Assembly (NCBI GenBank): GCA_905178155.1
Contig: CAJINV010000005.1
Span: 7,308,989-7,372,988, forward strand
DNA: 64,000 bases
Origin: Amoebophrya sp. A120
Taxonomy: Eukaryota > Protista > Dinoflagellata
Direction of reading: 5' to 3'
Shown here: positions 24,801 through 36,300 of the stretch, in pieces
Numbering within the stretch: the stretch's first letter is position 1
Layout of the letters: the number at the start of each line of letters is the position of its first letter
The notes under the pieces: model-generated
Database searches by the model: none
Seen by the model: the letters and a program-made list of their open reading frames with translations, nothing else
Told to the model about the DNA's origin: nothing
Made by a program: the position numbers and the translations under genes

Positions 24801-27800
24801 TTCCTTGAAGCAGAAAAATTTGCTGATCGCGTCCCAGGCATCGCAGGACGATGAACCGTTTTCCCCGGGAACTCTGGCCCTGATGCAAGACACGAAGGAC
24901 CTGATCGCCCGTGGGCCGGGCATGGAGACGATCGGGAATGACACTGGTGTTCCGTACGACAAAGTGCGGGATCTCTTCAACGACGCCGAGATGGGCGACT
25001 GGGACGCGGAGACAGGGTGGATTGGCATTATGCGGCGCTGGGATAATCCAGCGATCAACCACGAGCACCTGGAGTGCATGGTGACGATGCATCGGCAGGC
25101 AAAAGGTATTTTTTGGCGATTTTTCCCATGTAGAGCAGCATGACAAATTTAGGATTGTAATCGTCTTTGAGATTTTCTTTCTTTTGCATGCATCTATGGC
25201 AACTGCGTGCAGAACGGCCACACGCATCACAAACCTGATGGTCGTAGTCGGTCTCTTGTTTTCGGAGTTCCCTGTTCTTCGATCTCGATTTCGGTCTACG
25301 GCATTTCCGTTCCGCGCGCTTATATGCATGACAAGGTCGCTTATCGAATTCTGCGTCTCAGAGCCTCAGCGCCTGTCTTAGTTATCAGCATGACAAACTG
25401 GCTTTTTTATGATTTTTCTGAAACTTCAATCAACAGCGGCCGGCGTCAAGACCGAGCCGTACACGACGGCGTTGCCGGCGGCTATTGTGGGGCTCCTGAC
25501 CGACCGGTGGGATCTCGGGACGCACTCGAGGGCCGACTATTTTGAACTGTAAGTAGTTCGTTTTTCCGTCTGCTACCGCACTTCGCAACTTTTTATAATA
25601 TCCGTCTTCAGAATGAACGAAGAAGCATTTCGCGCATGACAAATCCACAATGCGCAAAAATCCACACCTTCAGGTTTGGAAAATATATGAAGCCTGCGTC
25701 GGAGAATACGATCGATTTCTGGCAGACCATGAAAGCCAACTGCGAGGATGGAAAGTTGCGCGTCCCGGAGAGCAAGGTTGTACAGGTGTACAACAAGTGC
25801 AAAATGGTGGAGATTCCGGGGCTGTTTGCCGTCGAGGCGGCGGACCTCAAGGTCAAGGCCGAACACATGCAGCGAAAAACGCAGATCAAGCTGGTACTTA
25901 TTTCCCATGGCCCCACTGTGGTCTATTTCCGTATGTTGTGAGATCTTGCAGTATGGGTAGCAGTAAGTTTGGAGGGCGTGTGCGAAGTCTCTTATGCAAA
26001 TGCACTGAAAAAAAAAAATGCAGGAAGCAAAGCCCATCCTGGACGCCTGGGATTCGAAGACCCCCCTGTCCGCCGTGGAGTTGGATAAACTCAACGCCTC
26101 CCTCGAGGGCATTCTCATCAAGGTCAAGGCCTCAGGGAAAGCAGGGGAGTGGTACAAGGCCTTCCTGTCCATGTTGCACGACAATGGGGTTAAGTCTGCT
26201 GGCCCGTGGCTGCGGGATGTTTGTCTGCATGGGGCGGACTTGCCTGCGATGCACCAGATCTTCGACGGCATCAACGTGTTGGACAGCGTGCGGGCAGCCC
26301 GGGTGGGACTGAAAAAGCAGATTGACAGAGTCTTCAAGCCGACCGACGGACTGTATATACAAATAATTGCGGCGCTTCTTTGTATTCTCTGCCCTGATGT
26401 GCTCCCTCCATTTCTACCAGGCGCATGACAGATCGGCTATTACAGCTGCCGCTGGTGTTTTCGTATTAGTGTCTCGAGCATTTCCGTGCCCGATCAAGCT
26501 CTCTGTGGTGTCAGTCGGTGCGCGGTCATATTTCCCCCAGAGGTGATAGTAGCTGTCTTGTATCTATTACCAAAACCCACTTCCCAGGTTCAAGCTGTAC
26601 CAGGTCGCCCTCGCGTTGAACAAGGAGACTCCGTATTTGACCTACGAATTGGATTTGCTGCGCATGGAGTGCGACAAGCTGAACGACTCGCAGTATGTCA
26701 TGTTGGCTGCAGCGGAAGAAGAGTGGGTGCAGCCCCCGGGTTGGATTTTGGGTGGCCAATGGGACGAAGCGTCGAAACAGATGGAGGAGTACATCACGTA
26801 TCATTTGCAAAATTACCGCGCAGTCGCACAACGGTGTTTCGTGAGAAGTCTATAATGCGAGGAAAAGCAATGTTCCAGATCTCCCCCTCCCCTTCAAAAA
26901 ATTCGCAATTAGATCTAGATTAGCTGCGCGGTGATTTTGCAATTCATATCGCGTGGGCGTTTGCCAAACGGGCCGAGGCGACCGAATTGGGCAAGGGAAA
27001 GGACGAAACCTCTGCGCTCATCCGCTGCTATGGGGAAAACCTGGCAAAGAAGGTCTCCGTCACGCGTAAAAATGTCGACGCGATCGTGGCGAATTTCGTC
27101 ACCACGGTGACTGCGCTGAAGAAGAACAAAACGGCGCCGCGTATTTCGTTTTGATTTGTGCACTTAAAACCATTCCTCCGTAGCAATATGCACATGCAGA
27201 CTCTCATCGTCATCTCTCGATCCATTAACCCCTTCGCGATTTTTCTTTTTGTCCATGCAGGGGCCAGAGCTTGTTTTTTTCTTTATTGTAGAATAAAAAT
27301 ACTCACAGTTCTGGAAAAGGCGGGAAAATGGTACCAGAAGATCAAGTGGGGAGTGGCCTTCTTCACAGAGGATCACGAGAGAAAGCTGCAGCCCGCGATC
27401 ACCGCTCTGCAGCTCGTCGAGGCGGAGGACGCAAAGGCAACGGCGAAAAAAACGGCGTACGACCGCGGCATCATCAAGGCCACGAAGGGGAAGGTCGCGG
27501 CGATGAAAAGGAAAGCGTGAGTCCCAACACGTGATCAACTGGAACTGGTGGCGTTGACACAAATGGAGCTTTAGCATAACAGACTTACCATTCAAATTCT
27601 GAACTTCTCTGGACATTCAGTCACACGATGACGCCCGTGCTGCGATTGACTCGGAACAAATGAAAGCGTTTGCTTCTGCAAAAACTCTGCGTGGTAGCAG
27701 GGGTGAGAATACAGACTATTTAGCGGCGAGCTTTGGATGTGTTGAATCGAATGAACAAGACACACGGAAGAATCGAAAACCGACAGGCCACCTGCGGCAC

Positions 27801-30800
27801 AGTATCACAACGGACACCTTTGACGAATTCAACGAACATCCCGGATTGCACGAATCACGACTCATTTTCCAAAACTCACAAACAAGACTGAACTGATAAA
27901 GAACGACTTGCATTCCAACCGAATTGGTGAAGGACTCACTCTATGCGGATTTGTCTTCCTGTATTCTTTCGTCTTCGTCTTTTTCCGAATTCATTGTGAA
28001 GGAGCCCTTCCGGGGTCATTTTTAGTCCAACCTCTGTGCATCCTCATCATGCAAACCAACGCGGTGTTGGAATAGGAGGGGCGCTCCACAATCACGATCC
28101 GCTGCGGGTGTTGCAGCGAAAAAAACAACACATGACCACCCCCCGTCCGCGGGCGGCGGGCCCTTGCAGTGGTGCCCCCCGCCTGTGGCGCCAAAAGCGG
28201 GGCGCGTGGCCGAGGCTCTAGTGGCCGCGCCAGAGTCGCGCGCCGGGTTCACGCTATCTTGCGCGCAGCCTGGGTAGATTTATACCTGCGACGCTTCTCT
28301 GCCTTCCGGCCGCACATGGCCCGCGGGATACCACGGGGGCAGTGGCGCCCCTACTTCTGTGCCGGCTCCTGCGCCACCAGCCGGCGCCACGGACTCGCTG
28401 GCGGCCGTGCTTTTGAAAAAATCAGAAAAAAATTAGAAAAAAATTAGAAGCACCCACCGCCCCGGGCCCTCTGACTGAGCATTCAGGACGCTGGACACTA
28501 AGACCATCTACATGAAAGTGTCCGAATCTTCTATGTTGTTCTAGACGCGTAAGGTGACAACTAGCAATACTTTCTTCGATTGTAATGCATGCAATGTCTT
28601 CCGCGGTGTCTCTAGTCGTCTGACCCCGGAGGCCCATCACGAAAAGATCACACCCAAGGACTGGGAGGTTCATCCTCTCGTGGTTCTTGATTGGTAGCAT
28701 CTGACCGGATTCCCTGTTGACGAGAGAACCGCCAGAGCTGTTGTAGTTCAGATCCCGCCCACGATCACTGAGATTGTCCTCACCGAGCCACGGAAGAATA
28801 CGATCAATATCTCTTGGTAGATGTTTAAAATAGACGCCATAGGGCAAACCTAGAGCGTTTTCCTTCAATTTTCCGCCAAAACCATCACGAGCCCCGGCCG
28901 TGCCGTTGATGCGACAGACGTTGCTCGAGATGTCAATAAAATCCGATTTGTGTCTAGATAAATACTTGCTTGCACATGAATCGACCAAGCTCGCTTCGTC
29001 CTTGATCTGTGCAGTAAAACAGCTAAAAGAATCTACATCAAATTCCTCTAAATTCTCGAAGTTCAGCATACAACTACCATACTCCGAGATATAAACACCT
29101 CCTTCATCGAGTCAGGCTGGTCCTTGCCAGACCCAACCACCCTGCTTTCCACCGGCTCCCTGCCCTTGATTCTGGTTGTTCATTTGGTTCTGGTTCACCG
29201 GCGGACACCACTGCGGCTGCTGGTTTCCCCAGACACCACCCCACTGACCTTTCCCTTGATTGTTAGGATTCCAGCGGCAACGGTCCGCCTTATGGTTTTC
29301 CTTGCCACAGATCCAGCATTTGGGTTTGGTCACAGTGTTGTAGGGAGTGCTCTGGTTCCGACCAGTCTTACCACCTTTCTGGCCACTTCCACCCTTAGCG
29401 TTAGGCTTCGGGGGCAGGCCATGGGCAGCCAAGACACTCGCTTCGGTCTGCTTGCGTAATTTGGCTTTCATGCGTTTCAAGGCTTTCGCCGAGAACACCT
29501 TGCCAGAAGAAGCATTTTGACCATCATCAGCGGAGTCCGGCTCCTCATCATCATCGTCATTTTTCTGACGCTTATTCCCCTTCTTGTTCTTCTTCGACTT
29601 CTCCTCGACGACCGGGAAGGCCTTGCCGAAGGACGGGTTCTCAATCTTGTAGGACCCCTCCTTGACCAGCTGCGCGAGCTTCTTCTCGAGACGGTTCCCG
29701 ATCTCCTGCAAGGTGATGTGATCGGACTCGTCTACGCAGCGGTCGATGGTCTGGCGGAAGGCCGACGCAAACATCTTGGGCAACTTGTCCAGAATGTTCT
29801 TCACATGCTGATCTTCAATCGGACGCCCGGGCTCCGGGACGTAGACACTCGGCGCCATCTCCATCAAGTCGTGGATCTGGGCCAGGAACGTCGGAGCATC
29901 CTTCGGCGCGTCTCGGTTGTCGAAATGCATGGCGTCGATCGAGGACGTCTTGATGTGCTGCTGGTCACGGGAGGCAACATTGAAGCGACCAACATCACGA
30001 ATACGCATGAACAGTTGCGCAGCGTCGTCGTTGATGTAGTGCTGACTGTTGACCCACGTGGACACGGACCCGGTGCGTGACTTGTAGATGGCATCCTTCA
30101 GGTCGCGCCACTTCTCCCGGATCGCATTATTGGCAGTATTGTTCGCCTGCGGAATCCCCGGAGGGTTACCGGCAAGACGATTATCCCAATACTCCTGGAG
30201 TCCGAGGCGAGAAACCTCGTTCGTGACTCCGCGACGCCAGACGCGCCAGTCCTGCGCGCTGGACAACTTCTCCGTCAATTTCGCCTCTTGGCCCATCTTC
30301 AAACACTTATCTGACTAGAAGAGCCAGCTTGAGTCTCAAGGCGTAACGTAGTGTTAGTGGACTTGAGAACACTCGCACACACTTACACACGTTTGCTCCA
30401 CTGAGCTCGTTATCAGCAGCAGTTCAATGAATTCTCTCAATTGCAAGTAAGCAAGCAAGTGACGCAAGTCTCTTGCTGCGTTACATCCTGTAGGTTCAAT
30501 TCATCCAAATTCATCACATTCATATGGACCAATCGGGTTCAGAGTCAAGTGGCAAAACAGCATGGGAGTCCACTCCTCAACCTGCTCAGATTGGTGCTCG
30601 ACCCTGGCGGGAGTCAAGTCCCCCAGGGTGACCACTCTGAACGTCTGGACCGAGCTGAGTCCACTCATTTCACTACGATCCTGATGGCTTTGCCTTCGTA
30701 GTATTTGGGGGATTCGCGGAACATGGTGAAGAGTTTCCTTTAGGATCTAGATAGATTCTGACCATTTCCCTAAGGATCTAGCTAGTTCAGGTCATTCAGA

Positions 30801-31909
30801 GCTGTCATTTCATTGGGAACAGGCGTCATTTGGGGCGATCGTGTTACGTGTGTGCGGGATCGATTTCCATGGCCAACAATAAGATAGGCAATTTGTGATG
30901 CAAATTCTGCTTCTTCATCACTAGCTAGAGTAAACAGGACTGATACACTACGAGCTGCCCACGGAACTTGTCATGCTTGGGAACCAATAAAAGCTGTTCG
31001 TTTTTACGCAGGATAGCAGGGGGCTCCTCCCCGTCTAGCTCCAAGCCGGCGGATATCATCATACCGGAGCATATGGAAGCGTCAGGATTGAAATCGACAA
31101 AGTTGAAATTATTTGCGATGCACAAAATCAATGCCAGTTGGGCCTCTTCAGTTTCTCAGTGGCGCATGACAAATTTAGAAAACACCAAAATACAGTCTGT
31201 CATGCTGTTTAGGAAAAGTAGACTGCTCCTGTCATGCTACTCTGTACTCTGGCAGCACATCGCCTTCCCCTGAACAGGCTCGCAATCGCTCGCATTTGCT
31301 TGCTCCCCAACACAGGCCATCCGTGCTGTGCATTTTATGCATTACAAATTTTTCGATTTTGTCGATTTCGATCCTGACATTCCCATAGAGCACCAGTCGT
31401 GCGTCCTCGACCAGGTCATCGAAAACGAGCCATTTTATCGAAGAAAAAAGCTACATTGTTAGCTGTAACTTTGTGATGCGCAACATGCAAAGTGATTGCG
31501 GCTGTCATGCTCAGCATGCATGGTAAAGTCGTCCATCCAGGCGCGTTTTCTCGGCATACCATCTGCGCATGACAGGTTTTTGCTCTCATACATGCCAGAC
31601 GGATTTGTCATGCTGCTCCTCCAAGAACGTTACACCTACAATCTTTTTTTCTTGGATATGTTTAGGATACGCTTCACGGACAGTGGGGGACTGTCGGTGT
31701 ACGACAAAGTGCGAAAACCAATCCTACGAACAGCGCATCTCGTCGTGCTGTGCTTCAGCTGCGCGAAGAAACAGTCCCTAGCATCGGTGAAGGAAAAATG
31801 GTTACCACTGGTCAGGTCATTAGCCTTTTTGAAGAAGGACAGGGAAGAGGATTTCGTCTTTCTGAAGCCAGTGATACTACTGGGGCTGCAAACGGATTTA
31901 CGTACTTGA
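12830..31909 (+). CDS. Rho/Miro-like small GTPase-fold protein, 7 or more exons (12830-12893, 13026-13076, 13333-13365, 13537-13594, 31021-31071, 31393-31435, 31664-~31901)
   Basis: Deleting each introner plus one direct repeat gives one open frame: MAYSQ...LHIVFLGDPEIGQSTLLKYF...FRIRFTDSGGLSVYDKVRKPILRTAHLVVLCFSCAKKQSLASVKEKWLPLV...PVILLGLQTDLR. This matches the G1, G3 and G4 layout of Rho-family proteins. Confidence 0.8.
12894..13020. mobile_element. Introner (GCAAAAGTATCG family), non-canonical intron
   Basis: AGACC|TATGCATTGCAAAAGTATCGTACTCGTA...TACGAGTACGATGCTTTTGCACAGGATA|AGACC. Confidence 0.9.
13077..13327. mobile_element. Introner (CCAGACCCAGAC family)
   Basis: TCCCG|TATCAAGTGTAAAAATGTCTGGGTCTGGAAG...CTTCCAGACCCTGACATTTTTGCGCTTGATA|TCCCG. 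Confidence 0.9.
13366..13531. mobile_element. Introner (GCAAAAGTATCG family)
   Basis: CCCGT|TATGGATTGCAAAAG...CTTTTGCACAGGATA|CCCGT. Confidence 0.88.
13744..14270 (-). repeat. 3' LTR of copia copy 1
   Basis: TGTTAGTGG...ATGACCAACA, one of four similar 527-bp copies in the window. Confidence 0.95.
14364..17555 (-). pseudogene. Copia pol 3' part (integrase core, RT, RNase H), cut off from its 5' part
   Basis: Integrase PYNPEQNGTCER; RT FDLDSAFLNA, LKKALYGLKDAPRLW and VYVDD; RNase H FSDASFA and STAEAEY. Almost identical to 38444-41560. Confidence 0.93.
18138..21164 (+). CDS. Putative divergent DDE transposase (CxxH type, hAT/P/MULE-like spacing), split by about 3 degenerate introners (~18718-18957, ~19323-19510, ~19633-19791)
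   Basis: Ordered motifs: HIEFDGTP (D, ~18471), YTGDGA (D, ~19035), DECAGHGFH (CxxH, ~19149), long helical insert, MPQAIYYCERTH (E, ~20529). Motif reading by eye only. Confidence 0.55.
21168..22411 (+). CDS. Orphan ORF 2 of the 10.9-kb element
   Basis: About 414-codon open frame (MSDPWARTELRR...) starting 3 nt after the stop of the transposase candidate; no recognised domain. Confidence 0.6.
22676..27520 (+). CDS. Orphan multi-exon gene(s) 3 of the 10.9-kb element
   Basis: Series of GC-rich, coding-like + strand blocks (22676-22852, 23809-23980, 24223-25105, 25675-25893, 26020-26352, 26588-26798, 27028-27140, 27309-27520; edges approximate) separated by AT-richer GCATGACAAA-containing spacers. 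Basic NLS-like KKRRR. Confidence 0.55.
23100..23275 (+). repeat. Purine-rich degenerate tandem repeat (AAAATAGAAG / ATTTAGAAAG units)
   Basis: Visible repeated units; similar AAAAATTAGAAAA units occur at 28420-28450. Confidence 0.7.
28485..30296 (-). CDS. Copia copy 1 gag (to TGA at 29112) and in-frame 5' pol (protease, integrase Zn-finger start)
   Basis: Gag zinc knuckle CWICGKENHKADRC; protease-like LVDSCASKY; HRRFGH just before the insertion point. Confidence 0.9.
30352..30878 (-). repeat. 5' LTR of copia copy 1
   Basis: 527 bp, TG...CA, followed by TSD ATAAG. Confidence 0.95.
31072..31387. mobile_element. Introner (TATGGAAGCGTCAGG family)
   Basis: GAGCA|TATGGAAGCGTCAGGATTGAAATCGACAAA...TTTGTCGATTTCGATCCTGACATTCCCATA|GAGCA. 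Confidence 0.9.
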
Positions 31910-33329
31910 TATTGATGGTTGATTTTTTTCTCGTAGTTGCTGCAAATACAAGCGCACGTCAATGAGATGCAAATAACAACTTCAACCGTGCATAGAATTG
32001 GAAATGGATATCTTCATGTCTGAGCGTGACAGATGAATGAATTTCTGTTCCCGCAGCTTCGAGGGAACCAATGGCAGGATCATGTTGTCATGACGGGCCA
32101 GGTATCTTGTAGAGTTGTACTCCGAGAAGTAGTAGAACTTGCACAACATCACACCAAACATACAATTTCAGGCGCATCTTCCTCCGTCGCGGTAACAGAA
32201 GGGGAGGCTTCCAAATTCGCAAACTATCCTGTTGCACACTTTGGATCAACGTCCCTGAGGTCTGGTGGAATTGCATCAGTGCTAGATGTATGATTCGGAA
32301 GCATGTCATGATAGCTCGTGATATGATGTTGGCAAAAACCACGTGCGTTAAACATTGCGGTCGTCTAGCATGTCAAAAGAAAAAAGGAAAACCGTTTGCA
32401 GTAGAGGATATTAGAAATTCGATCCGACACCGACTGTAAAAGAACAAGTTGACCGGAAGATCTAAGTCAAGACCGCTGGTCCCGCCATTTGTTTGCAATC
32501 GATAAACCCGAGGCGGAAGCCATCAGTTACCTGGAGTGCTCCCTCGCAGCGGATCTTATCCCATCAAAATGAATTTCTTCAACAGCCACCTCCATCAAGT
32601 TCAAAGCAGAAGAGTTGTAGAACCAGAACCCCTCCGTTTTGCGTACTGTGGTCATGATGGCCATACCTAGAGATAAAAAAAAAGCTGCAAAAGGTGGATT
32701 TATCCCGCCGTCCAGGAGTGCATGCTGCACACAAAGTTGAGTGGCGCTATCAGAATCTTGTGGACACGTGAATCCATTTCTAGTATTTGTGCCTTGATGG
32801 ACGGTGGAATGTTTTTTTCCAACCGCGATAAGCTCGGACGAAGCGCTAGACGCCCTGAGGACGAAAATCTTGAGCACGGCGAAAGAGTATATTAGTGCCT
32901 TCGCTTTATTTTGTTTCAACTTCTTGTTTTGTTAGTTCTAGTTGTGCCGGCCGCGGAGGCTGCGTCTGCTTGTTCCTGTTGGTCTTTTCATGCACGAGAA
33001 AATGAAAAACAAGATTGAAAATGAATATTGAAAATCAGGTCCTACCTATTCCGATGGCAGCAGAAGAGAATAAAGCGGTCCCTGCGGGGGGAATCCGACC
33101 AAGCGGTGGACTATCCAGGGAAAAAACAGTGCTAGAAGTTGAAGTTGTGTGAATGGTTCTCTATTACAGTGCATGTAAGACTACAGTGACACTCACTCTT
33201 ATCAGATGGCCGCACACTAGCGCTCATGGGAAATAAAATTTCAGTTTCACGCAGTATCACGGAAAGCGAAAAACAAGTTTTTTTTTGTCATGCTGCAGAC
33301 CGAATTTGTAAATGCAAGTCAAAGTAAAC

Positions 33330-36300
33330 AGCTTTTTTTTTCTGGATATGAACATGGGGGCTGCCGACGTGGACAAGTATGTGGCTGAAGCCTTTATGAA
33401 GTGCAAAAGCATGATCGTACTACGTATAAATTGCATTAGCATGACAGACGAGATTTGTAATGCTGTTTTAGCTAATGCTAGGGAAGGCGGAGGCGATTTG
33501 TCATGCATGTCTGCAATTGGTACGACTGCGATCCTTTTACAGTGCATAGCCTTAACGGTCGAGCAAGACACCGACCCCCTCGCGAAAGAGCAGATCACGC
33601 AAAACCTATCCTGCCTCGGAGTCACCCCCTACATGAGCCATGCGTACTTTAATTCTTTAATATCCACCTACCGAGTACTAGAACACGATGAATGAGTGTG
33701 CTGCATGCTTTTGCAGCACTGCTGCGTGTGATGGTGCTGTTCATTTTCATGAATCCGGGCTGTAGATAAAGGAGTTGTAGCAGGCACGTTAATGTTTTGA
33801 ATATGAACAGGAAAACAAAAAATAAAAAGCTGTGATGCAAAAACACTGCCACGAATCTCAGATACCTGCAGTGTGACCTTCCGGACCTCGGGCTAACGAG
33901 CTGCGATGCCTTACGAGGATTTCCGAACCTGCGTATCCTGTGTGAAAGCGCTTTCAAATCCATTTTTACCTGGAAGATAGTAGTCCTGCTCCTGCTACTC
34001 GACGCATTCCAGCAGATCCGCCGAAAATTGTCATGCGTGGCACGACCGCAGGCTCCTCTCAACATGATGACGATCTTCTGGTGTGTATTAAAAGCGTTTT
34101 TGCACAGGATACGGTAGTATCTGGACATATCAAACAACCAGCTGCGATCGCTGGAGCCGTTAGGTATCGATTCGTAATATTCAAGTGGAAGTAGTTTCAT
34201 GATCGTCCTCGATCAGTACGTAAAATGAGAAATAGCAGTGACGGATGACTACGGGTACCGCGTCAGTGCATGACCGATCGAAGCCACATTATATCAGTTT
34301 CTTCGTTCGGACAGATCGTGTGCATAAAATTGGAACTACAAAGACCCTCTGACGAATGATGAAAACGAAAAACCAGCAGCAAAGATGACAAGTAACAAGC
34401 TGCTGGTCTAGAAGGCTGGTTAAAATTCACAGTCGTCAACAAACAAGTATACATCGATTCAAATTCAGGTGAGCTCCCATTCCTGCTCCGGCTCAACGCA
34501 TCCAGAAACCAGATGGTCCGCACCCAATCTACCAAAGTGTGCACAACATGCACTCATACTCAGCCTCACCCTCGTCTTGAGACGAGTGTGTCGCGTCTAC
34601 AGCAAGTATAAGCACAAGGCGCCGGTAGTACCAGTAGCACAGCCTTTATTGCATCGACTACAATGATCTGCACTCTACACATGAGTTGATGTTGATGTTG
34701 TCGTGAAACAAGTGCAAACAGACCAGGAGGGGGTTTATTGGCACATTAGTGCATGCCAGGCGAAGGGCACCAGCAGGATGAGTTGTTGTGCAGTCTCATA
34801 CAAGCCTTCGGACCGCCACGACATCTGGAGTCCGTATGCAGTGTGATGCAGCAACAGAGTTACCTGATTACGGTGTCTTCTTGGTAAGTACAGTTTCTGG
34901 TGCAACAATAGTAGCGGCATCTCCTTCGTACCAAGATAACGACAAGTAGACTTTCATGATGCGCACTACTCAACAGAGAAGATGGTGTTGTCGCGCATAA
35001 AGGTGTAAATTTTTTTCTTCTACTCCGTCCGGCCTACCATTGGTACTGCAACTGCTACTGCTGTAAAAGCACGTAAGTAATATGGAAGACTTCGGCACGT
35101 AATCATTGGAAAATTTTGTTTCTCCGCATACTCCATTGACCTCTCGTACAACCTAATCTCCGAGCTGGGCGACTGGCGCACGCACAAGATGTACCCTATG
35201 TGAAAACGTCCGTCCCCACTCCAGACGAGTTGTAGTGCAAATCTGCATGCCTATCTAAAAATATTAATATTTCTCATGCGCACCCGCTTGAGAGGCCCGT
35301 TTGCTAGTGCTATCTTGGAGTAGTTTGTCATGCTAGACGAGTCAGGAAGATATGTTGATCGATTTGTGATGCGTAATTCACTGCTAGTCGAAAAAAAAAA
35401 AATAAAAACGACTACACCACAATCCCGAACCTGTCATGCGCATGAGGATGAGCCAAAACTTGCTGCCGAATCTGTAGAGAAACCCCTCAGAAATTTGACT
35501 CTGGGCGGTTGGAGGGGACGTACTAGTTTTTCCACCCGATAAGAAGCTCCGGGAGTTGAACCTGCGCGGGAATTTCATTTCCGAAATCGACGGTATCGCG
35601 CTGCTATGCATTGCAAAAGTATCGTGCTCGTATAAATGCATTACAAATTGACTTAACATTACAAATTAAATTTGTAATGCGGATTTTCCTTAAGCAGAAG
35701 ATTTGTAATGCATAAACGCAATTACAATTTAGTGCAAGTGCGATACTTTTGCAATGCATAGCTGCGAAAAAACTCCAGGCTCAAAATGCTGGATTTGAGC
35801 GAGAACCACATTTTCAAGATCCAGAACCTATCACGCAGAAAAAAGCAGGCAGATCGCATTTGTAATGCAAAAATAAATACACAAAAAAATCTGTGCTGCA
35901 TAGCTCAAGCAGCATGCTGCGGGACCGCCCATGACAGATTTTTTTGTGTGTTTGTTCTTGCACTACAAGTGTTGGTCATGGAAATCGATCCCGCACACAC
36001 GTAACACGATCGCCCCAAATGACGCCTGTTCCCAATGAAATGACAGTTCTGAATGACCTGAACTAGCTAGATCCTTAGGGAAATGGTCAGAATCTATCTA
36101 GATCCTAAAGGAAACTCTTCACCATGTTCCGCGAATCCCCCAAATACTACGAAGGCAAAGCCATCAGGATCGTAGTGAAATGAATGGACTCAGCTCGGTC
36201 CAGACGTTCAGAATGGTCGCCCTGGGGGACTTGACTCCCGCCAGGGTCGAGCACCAATCTGAGCAGGTTGAGGAGTGGACTCCCATGCTGTTTTGCCACT

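Larger units (their letters stand above)
17556..28478 (+). mobile_element. 10,923-bp multi-gene DNA transposon-like element, 6-bp TSD, short TIRs
   Basis: GCATTC|TCAGTCAGAGGGCCCCGGGGC ... GCCCCGGGCCCTCTGACTGA|GCATTC. The intact copia copy 2 has a single GCATTC (GAATGC at ~38369 on +), which is the empty site. Confidence 0.92.
13744..30878 (-). mobile_element. Ty1/copia LTR retrotransposon copy 1 (interrupted by a 10.9-kb element)
   Basis: 527-bp TG...CA LTRs (13744-14270, 30352-30878), TSD ATAAG on both sides, polypurine tract next to the 3' LTR, gag and pol similar to copy 2. Confidence 0.95.
13595..31015. mobile_element. Introner expanded to 17.4 kb by nested insertions
   Basis: GCAGG|TATCCTGTGAAAAAACG at 13590 and CGTTTTTACGCAGGATA|GCAGG at 31020; its removal keeps the GTPase frame. 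Confidence 0.88.

Noticed and set aside
17556-28478. Polinton/Maverick or endogenous virus
   Set aside because: The 6-bp TSD fits, but TIRs are only about 15-21 bp and no pPolB, rve integrase, packaging ATPase or capsid motifs are visible.
17556-28478. Large element as the autonomous master of the introners
   Set aside because: Its ends (TCAGTCAG, 6-bp TSD) do not match the introner rule (TAT...ATA, 5-bp repeat); no sequence support here.
30879-35969. Simple inversion between the two inverted copia copies
   Set aside because: It would explain the crossed LTR types, but TSDs, introner ends and exon order are all consistent in the present orientation.
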